Assembly: GCA_012515515.1 (NCBI GenBank)
Contig: JAAYYE010000009.1
Span: forward strand, 1-33,817
Source: Minisyncoccota bacterium
GTDB lineage: Bacteria; Patescibacteriota; Microgenomatia; UBA1400; PJMF01
Direction: 5' to 3'
Length of the DNA stretch: 33,817 bases
This document shows, piece by piece, positions 16,391-25,829 of this stretch. A program made the translations under genes and the position numbers. The notes beneath the pieces were generated by a model. The model worked only from the letters and a program-made list of their open reading frames with translations. It was not told the DNA's origin and made no database searches. How positions within the stretch are numbered: the first letter of the stretch is position 1; each line of letters begins with the position of its first letter.

Positions 16391-19300
16391 TTATTGCAAT
16401 AAGTTTTCAATTTCTTGTGCTAGCTTATCGTTCCAATCTACCTGATAAGGTAGATTGATTTTTTCTGCTTTTGAGCCATTAGGAATAATAATTACAACAT
16501 GGGTTTTGCCTAGATTGGCTTTTAGTAGTTCGCCTAATTCTTTGAGCGTTGTTTTACTGGTTTTTCTGGGAATAAAAATTTCTTGATAATCACTTAAATT
16601 CTCTTCATTAATTACTTCGTCTGAGGGCAAAGTGATTTTTTCGGCAATAAGTTTTAGTTCTTCATCACGATTTTGCACTTTGGCTCGAAGCAGAATAATA
16701 CTTTCTTCGGCGAGACGGCCAATCCATTTTTGATAAAGCTTGGGGAAAATTAAAAACTCAATTTTGCCGCTAGTATCTTCTAAAGTGGCAAAAGCCATTA
16801 ATCTGCCATTTTTAGTAGTAATTTCTTTAAATCTAGTAATGACTCCACCAAAAAGAAAGATTTGGTCTTGATGAATTTCTGGATCAATCTCGGCAATTTT
16901 TAAACTATTTCTTTTTTGTAAAACTTGCATGGCATCAGCCAAGGGATGGCTGGTTAAATAAATGCCCAAAAGCTCTTTTTCAAAAGATAAAATTTCTTGT
17001 TTTGGATACTCTTCTAATTCAACAAAATTATCAGTAATTTTAACAACTTGATCTTCAAGATTGGCGAATAAATTATCTTGACCATCAATTTCTGAGCTAA
17101 ATTGTTCTGCGCTTTGACGAATTTGCTCGAGGTTTTCTAACATGGACGAGCGATGAGCAAAGCGATCCATGGCACCAACTTTTATTAAACTCTCAATAGT
17201 TTTTTTATTAACCTTGCGCGTGCTGGTAGTTTTTAGGAAATGCGTGAAAGATTGAAATTCTTTTTCTGCATGTCGCACAGTGAGAATATTTTCAATGGCA
17301 GCACTGCCAACATGTTTAATTGCTCCCAAACCAAAACGAATAGCCATGCCTCCCAAGGAATCAGGATCTTTTTCAATAGTAAAATCTTTTTCGGAAAGAT
17401 TAATATCAGGCGGATAAATTTTAATATTCATTTGTCGACAATTTTCAATGGTAATAGCTATTTTTTCGTCTCGATTCATTGAGTGAGAATTAGACTCAAT
17501 ACTCATGACCGCAGTCATGTATTCCACTGGAAAATTAGCTTTAAGCCAAGCAGTTTGATAAGCAATCATGGCGTAGCTAGCAGCATGAGATTTGTTAAAA
17601 CCGTAATTAGCAAAAGCTTCAATGAAGCCCCAAACTCGCTCTGCAGTGGCTTTTTTATATCCTTTATTTACAGATTGCCTAATGAAGCGATTTTTATTGG
17701 TGTCTAGCAGTTTTTTCTTCTTTTTACCAATGGCTCTCCGTAAAATATCAGCCTCTCCCAAACTATAACCAGCCATAAAGTTGACAATTTCTAAAATCTG
17801 CTCTTGATAGACCATAATGCCGTAGGTTTCTTTTAAGAAAGGCTCAAGCGATGGATGAGGATATTCAATTGTTTCTGGATTATGCTTGCCCTCGATAAAG
17901 CGCGGGATAAGATCCATTGGTCCTGGTCGATAAAGCGCGACCATAGCTGTAATATCTGAAAATTTGTTGGGTTTTAAGCTTTTGGCAATTCGACGCATAC
18001 CAGCAGATTCAAGTTGAAAAACACCGGTGGTGTCGCCACTGGCTAATAAAGCAAAAGTTTTTTTATCTTCTAAAGAAATATTATCGATTTTAATGTCTTG
18101 TTTTTGATATTTTTTAATTAAGGCCAGCGCTTCTTGAATAATTGATAAATTTCGCAGGCCCAATAAATCAAATTTTAGCAAACCAATGGCATCATCATCT
18201 ACATTGCAATCTAGTGAATACATGTCTAATTGAGTGAGAGTTTTGCCAGACCGCGAATCTTTTTGAATAGCCGTGTAATTAGTTAATGGCTTATCAGCAA
18301 TAATGACAGCACAGGCATGCATCCCCGCTTGACGAATGGTGCCCTCTACTTTCATGGCTAAATCAAGTAATTTTCTAAATCTACTCTGTTGATAATAGTT
18401 AGCCAATTCTGGGACACTATGAATAGCTTGCTTAATCGATACGCGCCGACCAGGGTCATTGGGAATTAATTTAGCAATTTTATCAGGTTCTTCGTAAGGT
18501 AGACCCAAAACTCGGCCAATGTCGCGCACAGCGACCCGAGCCTCCATTCGCCCAAAAGTGATGACTGAGGCCACATGATCTTCACCATATTTAGTAGCGA
18601 CATATTTAAGGACATCATCACGTTTAATATCTGCAAAATCAATGTCGATGTCGGGCGGTGTTGGTCTTTCTGGATTGAGAAAGCGTTCAAAAGGCAGACC
18701 GTGTTCTAGAGGATTAAGCGTGGTAATATTTAAACAATAAGAAACCAAAGAGCCAGCAGCGCTGCCCCGTCCAGGACCCACAGCAATGCCCTGATTTTTT
18801 GCCCAATTAACAAAATCTTGAGTAATCAAAAAATAAGCAGGATAGCCTTTTTCATTAATAATTTTAATCTCATAATCAAGACGATCCTTAATTTCTTGAG
18901 TGATTTCTGGAAATTTCTGCTTAGCAGCTTGGTAAACAATTTTTTCTAAATAGCTTGCATAATTTTCGCCCTTGGGTAATTCAAAAGTGGGAAAAATTAA
19001 TTTACCAGTGGGAATCGTCAGCTCACATTGATCAGCAATTTTTTTGCTATTGCTAATTGCCTCAGGAATATCATTAAATGCTTCGATCATTTCTTGGCTA
19101 GATTTAAAATAAAAATCTGGTTGGTCAATCATTTTCATGCGCCTGTCATCACTTATCAAGCGTCGTGTTTGCACACAGAGTAAGGCGTCTTGGGCCTCAG
19201 CATCGTTTTTAGTTAGATAGTGAGAATCATTGGTCGCTACCAAGGGCAATTTTAGTTGTCGAGCAATGGCAATTAATTTTTTAGTCAGGGTATAAGTTTC

Positions 19301-19855
19301 TGGGACATGAGGATGTCTTTGGATTTCTAAGTAGAAACGATCTTTAAAGATTTTTTGATATTTTTTAAATAGTTCAATAGCCTGGTCATCTTTATCATCT
19401 AATAACAGTCGACTGGTAAGACTGCTCATACAACCACTCAGCAAGATAATACCTTCGTTATATTTTTCTAGGAGTTCATGATCAATCCGCGGTTTATAAG
19501 AAAAGCCTTCAAAATTGGCTAGGGACACTAGTTTCATGAGGTTTTGGTAGCCGGTAAAATCTTTGGCCAGCAAAGTTAGATGAAATTGGTCGGTGCCCAT
19601 TTTTAATTGTTTATCAAAACGAGAATTTTTAGCCAGATAAAGTTCTACTCCAATAATTGCTTTTAAATTGGCTTCTTTGCAAGCATTAAAAAAAACAATA
19701 TGCCCATACATATTGCCATGATCGGTGAGGGCTAGAGCTTCTTGGCCAAATTTTTTTGCTTGAGCAATTAAATCAGGAATTTTACTCAGGCCATCTAAAA
19801 TGGAATATTCGCTATGTGTGTGTAAGTGGACAAAATCATTATTTTGCAGGGCCAT
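16391..19855 (-). CDS. dnaE: DNA polymerase III alpha subunit
   Basis: PHP domain [54 protein letters not shown]-terminal OB fold; no intein-sized insertion. Confidence 0.98.
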   Translation of the reverse strand: MALQNNDFVHLHTHSEYSILDGLSKIPDLIAQAKKFGQEALALTDHGNMYGHIVFFNACKEANLKAIIGVELYLAKNSRFDKQLKMGTDQFHLTLLAKDFTGYQNLMKLVSLANFEGFSYKPRIDHELLEKYNEGIILLSGCMSSLTSRLLLDDKDDQAIELFKKYQKIFKDRFYLEIQRHPHVPETYTLTKKLIAIARQLKLPLVATNDSHYLTKNDAEAQDALLCVQTRRLISDDRRMKMIDQPDFYFKSSQEMIEAFNDIPEAISNSKKIADQCELTIPTGKLIFPTFELPKGENYASYLEKIVYQAAKQKFPEITQEIKDRLDYEIKIINEKGYPAYFLITQDFVNWAKNQGIAVGPGRGSAAGSLVSYCLNITTLNPLEHGLPFERFLNPERPTPPDIDIDFADIKRDDVLKYVATKYGEDHVASVITFGRMEARVAVRDIGRVLGLPYEEPDKIAKLIPNDPGRRVSIKQAIHSVPELANYYQQSRFRKLLDLAMKVEGTIRQAGMHACAVIIADKPLTNYTAIQKDSRSGKTLTQLDMYSLDCNVDDDAIGLLKFDLLGLRNLSIIQEALALIKKYQKQDIKIDNISLEDKKTFALLASGDTTGVFQLESAGMRRIAKSLKPNKFSDITAMVALYRPGPMDLIPRFIEGKHNPETIEYPHPSLEPFLKETYGIMVYQEQILEIVNFMAGYSLGEADILRRAIGKKKKKLLDTNKNRFIRQSVNKGYKKATAERVWGFIEAFANYGFNKSHAASYAMIAYQTAWLKANFPVEYMTAVMSIESNSHSMNRDEKIAITIENCRQMNIKIYPPDINLSEKDFTIEKDPDSLGGMAIRFGLGAIKHVGSAAIENILTVRHAEKEFQSFTHFLKTTSTRKVNKKTIESLIKVGAMDRFAHRSSMLENLEQIRQSAEQFSSEIDGQDNLFANLEDQVVKITDNFVELEEYPKQEILSFEKELLGIYLTSHPLADAMQVLQKRNSLKIAEIDPEIHQDQIFLFGGVITRFKEITTKNGRLMAFATLEDTSGKIEFLIFPKLYQKWIGRLAEESIILLRAKVQNRDEELKLIAEKITLPSDEVINEENLSDYQEIFIPRKTSKTTLKELGELLKANLGKTHVVIIIPNGSKAEKINLPYQVDWNDKLAQEIENLLQ

Positions 19856-19877
19856 ATCTAGACTTAGTATATCTCAT

Positions 19878-21206
19878 TTAACTGTTTAATTGTGCTAACA
19901 AAATCTTTTTCACTTGATTAACATCAACTTTTTTAGCAATTTTTTTCATGCTTTGGCCAATGAGAAAAGCCAGGACTTCGCTTTTGCCTGCCCGATATTT
20001 TGCCACCGCATCTAAATTTTCTTTAAGCACCTCTGTGACAAAATTAGCAATTGTTTCCAGGCTCATATCTTCAACGCTGTTTAATTGTTGATAGCGTTTG
20101 ATAAGTAATTGCGGATCATCACTTAATTGATAATCAATTTTTTTATTTAATAAAGCGTTAATGATTTTTTCCGCTTCAATATTTTCTTTTTTGGCTAATA
20201 TTAAAATATTCTCAAAAAAATGTGCTTCCGCTGAACTGCTGACTAAGCGTGTAGATAAATTTAGGTCAAGCTGATATTCTTGACTAAGTCTGAGGGCGTA
20301 GTGATCAGGAAGCTCAACTAGTTCGTTTTTAATGCGTTCAATATCGGCAGGACTAAATTCTATGGGTGGTAAATCAGGATCTGGAAAATAACGATAGTCT
20401 TGTGCTTCTTCTTTGGCTCGTTGACTAAAAGTTTTACCAGATTGAGGATTAAAACCTCTTGTTTCTTGAGTTGGAGTTTCACTTTTTTCAAGCAATTGCG
20501 CTTGACGCTCCATTTCGTAATTAATGGCTAACTCCATGAAGCGAAAGGAATTGATGTTTTTACACTCGACTTTATAATTAGGTATAAAGTCGGTTGGATC
20601 GCTTGATTTCTTTAAAGAAATATTTGCTTCCAACCTCATGCCTCCTCTTTCCATATCGCAATCTGCCACATCTAAATAGCGTAAAATTTGTCTAATTTTT
20701 TGCGCATATTCTTTGGCTTGTTGAGCATTTTTAATGTCGATGTCACTGACAATTTCCACTAAGGGTACGCCTGAGCGGTTAAAGTCAATCAGGGTGTGGT
20801 CTTTTTGGTGAATTAATTTTGCAGTATCTTCTTCAAGATGAATGCGCTGAATTTTTACTCGACCTTGGCTGGTATCTAAATAACCATCATGACAAAAAGG
20901 AATATCGTATTGGCTAATTTGATAGCCCTTTGGCAGATCGGGATAAAAATAATTTTTTCGATCAAATTTTGAAAATAAATTAATTTGACAGTTAAGAGCT
21001 AAACCAATTTTGATGGTCCAGTCAATGGCTTTGCGATTGGCCAAGGGTAAACCACCGGGCATACCTAAACAAACTGGACAAGTGTGAATGTTGGGCTTTT
21101 CAGCGTTAAATGGGTCATTTTTACAAGCACAAAACATTTTCGAGGCAGTTTTTAATTCTGCATGAATTTCTAAACCACAGACTAGTTGATAATTGTTTTC
21201 AGACAT
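19878..21206 (-). CDS. gatB: Asp-tRNA(Asn)/Glu-tRNA(Gln) amidotransferase subunit B
   Basis: GLEIHAEL, FDRKNYFYPDLPKGYQISQ, IHLEED, DFNRSGVPLVEIV, DYRYFPDPDLPP. The ATG at 21206 overlaps the gatA stop (TAATG). Confidence 0.97.
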   Translation of the reverse strand: MSENNYQLVCGLEIHAELKTASKMFCACKNDPFNAEKPNIHTCPVCLGMPGGLPLANRKAIDWTIKIGLALNCQINLFSKFDRKNYFYPDLPKGYQISQYDIPFCHDGYLDTSQGRVKIQRIHLEEDTAKLIHQKDHTLIDFNRSGVPLVEIVSDIDIKNAQQAKEYAQKIRQILRYLDVADCDMERGGMRLEANISLKKSSDPTDFIPNYKVECKNINSFRFMELAINYEMERQAQLLEKSETPTQETRGFNPQSGKTFSQRAKEEAQDYRYFPDPDLPPIEFSPADIERIKNELVELPDHYALRLSQEYQLDLNLSTRLVSSSAEAHFFENILILAKKENIEAEKIINALLNKKIDYQLSDDPQLLIKRYQQLNSVEDMSLETIANFVTEVLKENLDAVAKYRAGKSEVLAFLIGQSMKKIAKKVDVNQVKKILLAQLNS

Positions 21207-22585
21207 TAACGATTTCTCCAGGTATTCCACTTGCTATTTTTTTCAAAGGCATCTGCCACTTTTATTACCAGATCTTCTCGCCACATGGGTGCGACAAAAT
21301 TGGCTCCGAAAAATAAATTAGTTTGAGGGTCTCGATAGTAAGGTACATTGATGCCCGGCAAACCACTGACCGAACTTGCTTCGAGCAGCATATCTTCTAA
21401 TTCTCCAAACATTGCAGAATTAGCGGAAGCACCAATTTTTTTTGCAAAACCTGGTGAAGTTGGACTCACCAGAACGTCATATTTCTTAAACAATTGGGTA
21501 AAATCATTTAAATATTGCGTGCGGACTTTTTGTGCCAAATTATAATATTGATCAGCATAACCTTTCGATAAAGTATAAGTGCCGAGCATAATTCTTCTTT
21601 TAGCTTCATCGCCAAAATAGGAGCGATCTTGGCCATAGCGGATGCCATCATAGCGAGCTAAATTACTACTAACCTCGGCACGCTGAACGACGGTGTAAAC
21701 GCCAATGGCATTATGTGGGTCAAGTGCTTGGGCTTTTTCTATTTTAGCTCCGAGCTGACTTAAGATGGCTAATTCCTGGGCCAATTTTTCATTAGCTTCT
21801 TCAACGCCTTGAACGTCGTGATAAATTAAGCCAATTTTTAAACCTCTAATGTCTTGATCTAAAAATTTAGTGAAATCTGGAGCTGGCTCCTGATTACAAG
21901 TTGCATCTCGCGCATCTGGTCCAGCAATGGTGTTTAAGACGAGACAAGCGTCCTCGACTGTTTTGGATAAAACTCCTGGACTATCAGTCGACGAGGCCAT
22001 AGCCACCACGCCAAAGCGACTGACTCGCCCATAACTTGGTTTTAAGCCAACTGTTCCGCACCAAGCAGCCGGCTGTCTAATAGAACCAGCCGTTTCACTG
22101 CCGATCGCTGCTAAACACAGGTCGGCGGCTACCGCAGCAGCACTACCGCCCGATGAACCACCGGGTAGGTAATCGGGGTTGCGCGGATTGAGGCTTGGTC
22201 CAAAATCACTGGTTTCAGTAGAGGAACCATGAGCCCAAGCATCTAAATTGCTTTTTCCAATAATTACTCCGCCAGCTTTTTGTAAACGCTCGGTAACAGT
22301 TGATTCATATTGTGGAATAAAATTTTCTAAAACTTTGGAGGCTGCAGTAGTTGCTAATTTTTTACTACAAAAATTATCTTTAACAGCAATTGGCAAACCT
22401 TTTAATTGTCTGTCTTGTAGTTGTTTGGCCTCTGCTTCTGCCTGTGGATTGAGTTGCAAATAAATGTTGTAAGACTTTTGCTTTTCTATAGCATCATTTA
22501 AGTCGCGATATAAATCACTAATGTCTAATGAACCAGCCTTGAGACCAGCCAGTGCTTCTTGAAGGGTTAATTGATTTAAAGTCAT
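21206..22585 (-). CDS. gatA: Amidotransferase subunit A
   Basis: Amidase signature: AVKDN, PGGSSGGSAAAVA, GSETAGSIRQPA, GLKPSYGRVSR, SNLARYDG, RRIMLGT. Confidence 0.97.
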   Translation of the reverse strand: MTLNQLTLQEALAGLKAGSLDISDLYRDLNDAIEKQKSYNIYLQLNPQAEAEAKQLQDRQLKGLPIAVKDNFCSKKLATTAASKVLENFIPQYESTVTERLQKAGGVIIGKSNLDAWAHGSSTETSDFGPSLNPRNPDYLPGGSSGGSAAAVAADLCLAAIGSETAGSIRQPAAWCGTVGLKPSYGRVSRFGVVAMASSTDSPGVLSKTVEDACLVLNTIAGPDARDATCNQEPAPDFTKFLDQDIRGLKIGLIYHDVQGVEEANEKLAQELAILSQLGAKIEKAQALDPHNAIGVYTVVQRAEVSSNLARYDGIRYGQDRSYFGDEAKRRIMLGTYTLSKGYADQYYNLAQKVRTQYLNDFTQLFKKYDVLVSPTSPGFAKKIGASANSAMFGELEDMLLEASSVSGLPGINVPYYRDPQTNLFFGANFVAPMWREDLVIKVADAFEKNSKWNTWRNR

Positions 22586-22608
22586 TATTTTTCCGATTTA
22601 ATTGTTTT

Positions 22609-22689
22609 GCCGTTTAATGTTTATTTGTCCTCGCCGTTTAATGTTTACTTGTCCTCGCCGTTTAATATTTACTTATCTTCGCTGTTTAA
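22609..22689. repeat. About 3.4 tandem 24-bp copies of the gatC 3' end filling the gatC-gatA spacer
   Basis: Minus strand: ttaaacagcgaagataagtaaata / ttaaacggcgaggacaagtaaaca / ttaaacggcgaggacaaataaaca / ttaaacggc. Confidence 0.95.
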
Positions 22690-22992
22690 GACCTGAGGAA
22701 CAAGAAAATAACCGTCTCGTTGTTCCCTAGCGTTAGCCAGTGCTTCTTCTTGGGTAAAACTGAGGCTTTCATCGACAATGTCTTCTCTAGTAATATTTTT
22801 AAAGCCAGTGACCTGATGGGTGCCTGCTAGCTCGGCAACATCGGCTGTTTTCAATTGATCAACTACAGTTAAAGTTTGAGCAAAATCTTTAGCCAGCTGC
22901 TGACTTTCACTTTCACTAATAGGAATATTAGCTAGTTGAGCTATATGTTTAACCTGGTCTTTGCTAACAATTTTTTTTGACACAATAGGCAT
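22669..22992 (-). CDS. gatC: Amidotransferase subunit C
   Basis: VKHIAQLANI, NITRED, EALANA..DGYFLVPQV; lies upstream of gatAB. ATG 22992 preferred. Confidence 0.93.
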   Translation of the reverse strand: MPIVSKKIVSKDQVKHIAQLANIPISESESQQLAKDFAQTLTVVDQLKTADVAELAGTHQVTGFKNITREDIVDESLSFTQEEALANAREQRDGYFLVPQVLNSEDK

Positions 22993-23034
22993 TAGTTTAG
23001 CAGAATTTAGCAATTTTTTTAGAAGTAATTCAGC

Positions 23035-23955
23035 TTATTTAGTAGTGATGGCTCTGAGAGCCTGAACTCGCTCAGCCACAGGTGGATGAGTTTGAAATAA
23101 ATTTTTGAAAGTAGCAACTCCGCCGCGACTATTTTTTAGAGGGTCACTAATATATAAATGAGCGGTGGCTTTATTGGCTGCTTCTAAAGGCTCTTGATCT
23201 TGACTAATTTTAATTAAGGCCCTAGCTAGTCCCTCAGGATTCTTGGTCATGGCAGCGGCGCTAGCATCAGCTAAAAACTCATAGCGCCTGGAAAGAGCTA
23301 GTTTCATCAGTTTGCTAATAATAGGTGCCAACAAGGCCATGACTATGGCGACAAAAAACATAATCATATCTAACTGGCTGCGTTCTCCGTCTTTTTTATT
23401 ATTACTTCGCATTGGACCATACATTGAACCGCGCATGACCCAGTCACCCAACAAAGCAATTAAGCCAACCAGGACAGAAACAAGTGACATTAATAAAATG
23501 TCATAATTTTTAATATGACTAATCTCATGAGCAATGACTCCCTCAAGTTCGCTGCGGTTTAATTTAGCCAATAAACCGGTGGTGGCACAAACCACGGCGT
23601 GGCTAGGATTTCGGCCAGTAGCAAAGGCATTCATCGCGCTGTCCTCGATGACATAAAGTTTGGGCATGGGCAATCTTTGACTGTTTACAATATTTTCGGT
23701 AATAGTATAGAAGTCAAAGTGTTCCTTACGATTAGCTGCTTTGGCTCCAGAGATGGTCAGAACGATCCTATCGGAAAAAAAATATGAAAAGAAAGTGCTC
23801 ATTCCAGCAACAATAAAAGCTGTGCCAACTATAGAAAGAGGGTAATCAAAAGCACGCGCAATAACATAGCTAGCCCCAAGCACAAATAAGACAAAACCAA
23901 GCATAACTGCTACAGATCGAGCTTTATTTTTAGCAACTAACTGATAATGAGTCAT
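23035..23955 (-). CDS. htpX: Zinc metalloprotease HtpX (M48)
   Basis: NAFATGRNP, ELEGVIAHEISHI (HExxH), SRRYEFLADA, FQTHPP; TM segments. Confidence 0.95.
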   Translation of the reverse strand: MTHYQLVAKNKARSVAVMLGFVLFVLGASYVIARAFDYPLSIVGTAFIVAGMSTFFSYFFSDRIVLTISGAKAANRKEHFDFYTITENIVNSQRLPMPKLYVIEDSAMNAFATGRNPSHAVVCATTGLLAKLNRSELEGVIAHEISHIKNYDILLMSLVSVLVGLIALLGDWVMRGSMYGPMRSNNKKDGERSQLDMIMFFVAIVMALLAPIISKLMKLALSRRYEFLADASAAAMTKNPEGLARALIKISQDQEPLEAANKATAHLYISDPLKNSRGGVATFKNLFQTHPPVAERVQALRAITTK

Positions 23956-24006
23956 AAATAGACGATCCTCTTAATTGAATATTTTTTGTAATTTTATTGC
24001 TCGGAA

Positions 24007-24585
24007 TTAAAGATCCACTTTTGGAGTCTTCATTTCCTCTTCTGTAACCACAACATGTTCGCCAGTCATTGGAGTTTCTAAACCTTTTTCAGCTTTGAAT
24101 CCAAATAAATTAGCTACAATGTTTGATGGAAACACCACTAATTTTTCGTTGTAAGATTGTGATAAATCTATCACGCTTCTGCGAGCGTAACTTAATTTAT
24201 CAGCGGTGTCGGTGAGCTCATCCATAAACTTTTTAATAGCTTCATTGGCTTTTAGTTCTGGATTACTTTCAAGCACCACCTGAATTTGCGGAATAACTTT
24301 TTGAATGTCATCAATGGCTTGATTAATGTCCTTACTATTGCCACTTTGTTCAGCCTTAATTGTGGATTTACGGGCATCTGTTAACATTTGATAAATACCC
24401 TGCTCGTGTTTCAGTTGACCCTTAACCGTGCTTTCAAGGCTTGGAATTAAACCAGCTTGACGTTTCAATTGGTTACCAATTTCCTGAATACTGGCTTGAA
24501 TTTGTGTTTTAAGACGTTGCAGACCATTAAAAACGCTCATAACATAGAGAGCGATAAGGATGATGGGAATTAAGATATAAAGCAT
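24007..24585 (-). CDS. lemA: LemA family protein
   Basis: N-terminal TM, QLKRQAGLIPSL, ESNPELKAN, FPSNIVANLFGF; SD GAAAGGAA before ATG 24585; usual lemA-htpX pairing. Confidence 0.93.
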   Translation of the reverse strand: MLYILIPIILIALYVMSVFNGLQRLKTQIQASIQEIGNQLKRQAGLIPSLESTVKGQLKHEQGIYQMLTDARKSTIKAEQSGNSKDINQAIDDIQKVIPQIQVVLESNPELKANEAIKKFMDELTDTADKLSYARRSVIDLSQSYNEKLVVFPSNIVANLFGFKAEKGLETPMTGEHVVVTEEEMKTPKVDL

Positions 24586-24655
24586 TAAATTCCTTTCACT
24601 GTTAACTATTATATATTTCATTATATACGATTAATTTACTTTTTTCGCTTGTTTC

Positions 24656-24684
24656 TTGCAGTTTTGTGATTTTCCTTTTATAAT
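24656..24684 (+). promoter_or_regulatory. Sigma70 promoter for the tRNA cluster
   Basis: TTGCAG (24656-24661), 17-bp spacer, TATAAT (24679-24684). Confidence 0.7.
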
Positions 24685-24702
24685 CCAGGTGCAAATTAAA
24701 AA

Positions 24703-24779
24703 GGCCCTGTGGTGTAGTTGGTTAACATATCTCCCTGTCACGGAGAAGATCGCCGGTTCGAGCCCGGTCGGGGTCGCCA
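24703..24779 (+). tRNA. tRNA-Asp (anticodon GTC), CCA encoded
   Basis: Acceptor GGCCCTG/CGGGGTC, anticodon arm TCTCC-CTGTCAC-GGAGA, GTTCGAGC, ends GCCA. Confidence 0.96.
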
Positions 24780-24835
24780 AATAAATATAGAAATTTCACC
24801 CATCAAAATATTAAAAATGTTAAAATAAGCTAACA

Positions 24836-24906
24836 GCGACCGTAGTTCAGCGGTAGAATGCGAGCTTCCCAAGCTTGAGGTGAGGGTTCGACTCCCTTCG
24901 GTCGCT
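24836..24906 (+). tRNA. tRNA-Gly (anticodon CCC), CCA not encoded
   Basis: Acceptor GCGACCG/CGGTCGC, anticodon arm CGAGC-TTCCCAA-GCTTG, GTTCGACT. Confidence 0.95.
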
Positions 24907-24922
24907 CGCTAAAACAAGAACA

Positions 24923-24996
24923 GCCAAAGTAGCTCAGCTGGCTAGAGCAGCGGTATCGTAAACCGCAGGTCGTGGGTTCGAATCCCACCTTTGGCT
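24923..24996 (+). tRNA. tRNA-Thr (anticodon CGT), CCA not encoded
   Basis: Acceptor GCCAAAG/CTTTGGC, anticodon arm GCGGT-ATCGTAA-ACCGC, GTTCGAAT. Confidence 0.95.
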
Positions 24997-25046
24997 CATA
25001 AATCGACTTTATGATATGATTAATTTAGTTTAATTTATAATTTAAT

Positions 25047-25811
25047 ATGGCAAGTTCAAATCGATATTCTTCTGTTTATAAAACTAGTTCTCGAAGCAAT
25101 CGAGGCAATTCTCGTTTATTAAAAAAACAAGAAAAAGAGATGCGTAAACAAACCTTTTTCTTCATTTTTTTAGCGATAGTGTTGTTATTACTGTTTCTTT
25201 TTGTAATTATGCCGAATTTAATTAAATTGGTTTTTAATTTTATCGATAATGATTCTGGCACAGATATTAATAATGATTTGCCTCCACAGGCACCGGTTTT
25301 ATTTGAGGCGCCTCCAGAAGCAACTTTTAGTGCGCAATTAAAATTGCAAGGCTATGCTGACCCAGATTCAAGAGTAGTTTTTATCTTAAATGGCCAGCAG
25401 GTTGAAGAAGAACTAATTGGCGAAAAAGGAGAATTCGACAAGCAATTGCAATTAGAAAAAGGTGATAATCAATTAACCTTATATGCGGTGAATGAATTAG
25501 GCACGGAATCCTTGCAAAGCAAGACCTATCAACTTGTCTACGATGATGAGCCGCCAGTCATTACCATAACAGAGCCAAAAGCAGACAGCACTATAGAGTT
25601 AAAACGGAATCGGACCACCAGTGTAGTTGGCGAAACAGAGCCATCTTCTAGAGTTTATCTTAATGATTTGTTGATTTTGGCTGATGAAAATGGTCAGTTT
25701 ACTAGCACTTACTATCTAGAGGAAGGCGACAATCTTTTACGATTTGTGGCTGTGGATCGCGCTGGTAATCAAAGCGAATTAGAGATTAAAGTGAAATTTC
25801 TCAATAACTAA
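25047..25811 (+). CDS. Membrane-anchored protein with two bacterial Ig-like domains
   Basis: Basic N-tail, one TM, then two beta-rich repeats (G.ADPDSRV..NG...GEF...L.KGDN.L...AV..LG and GETEPSSRV.LN...GQF...L.EGDN.L...AVDRAGN). Confidence 0.75.
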   Translation: MASSNRYSSVYKTSSRSNRGNSRLLKKQEKEMRKQTFFFIFLAIVLLLLFLFVIMPNLIKLVFNFIDNDSGTDINNDLPPQAPVLFEAPPEATFSAQLKLQGYADPDSRVVFILNGQQVEEELIGEKGEFDKQLQLEKGDNQLTLYAVNELGTESLQSKTYQLVYDDEPPVITITEPKADSTIELKRNRTTSVVGETEPSSRVYLNDLLILADENGQFTSTYYLEEGDNLLRFVAVDRAGNQSELEIKVKFLNN

Positions 25812-25829
25812 AGATAAATTAAAGATAAA
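25806..25829. repeat. 11-bp tandem duplication spanning both stops at a convergent junction
   Basis: aactaaagata / aattaaagata / aa. Confidence 0.7.

Noticed and set aside
10521-19855. Inteins or introns in secA or dnaE
   Set aside because: Lengths are normal, no intein-like block is visible, and the SecA insertions fall in known variable regions.
22609-22689. CRISPR array (24-bp repeats)
   Set aside because: The units abut with no unique spacers, copy the gatC 3' end, and no cas genes are present.
24600-24630. dif-like (XerCD) site near the strand switch
   Set aside because: Arm sequence and spacing do not fit the 11-6-11 dif pattern; better explained as tandem TATAAT boxes of the lemA promoter.
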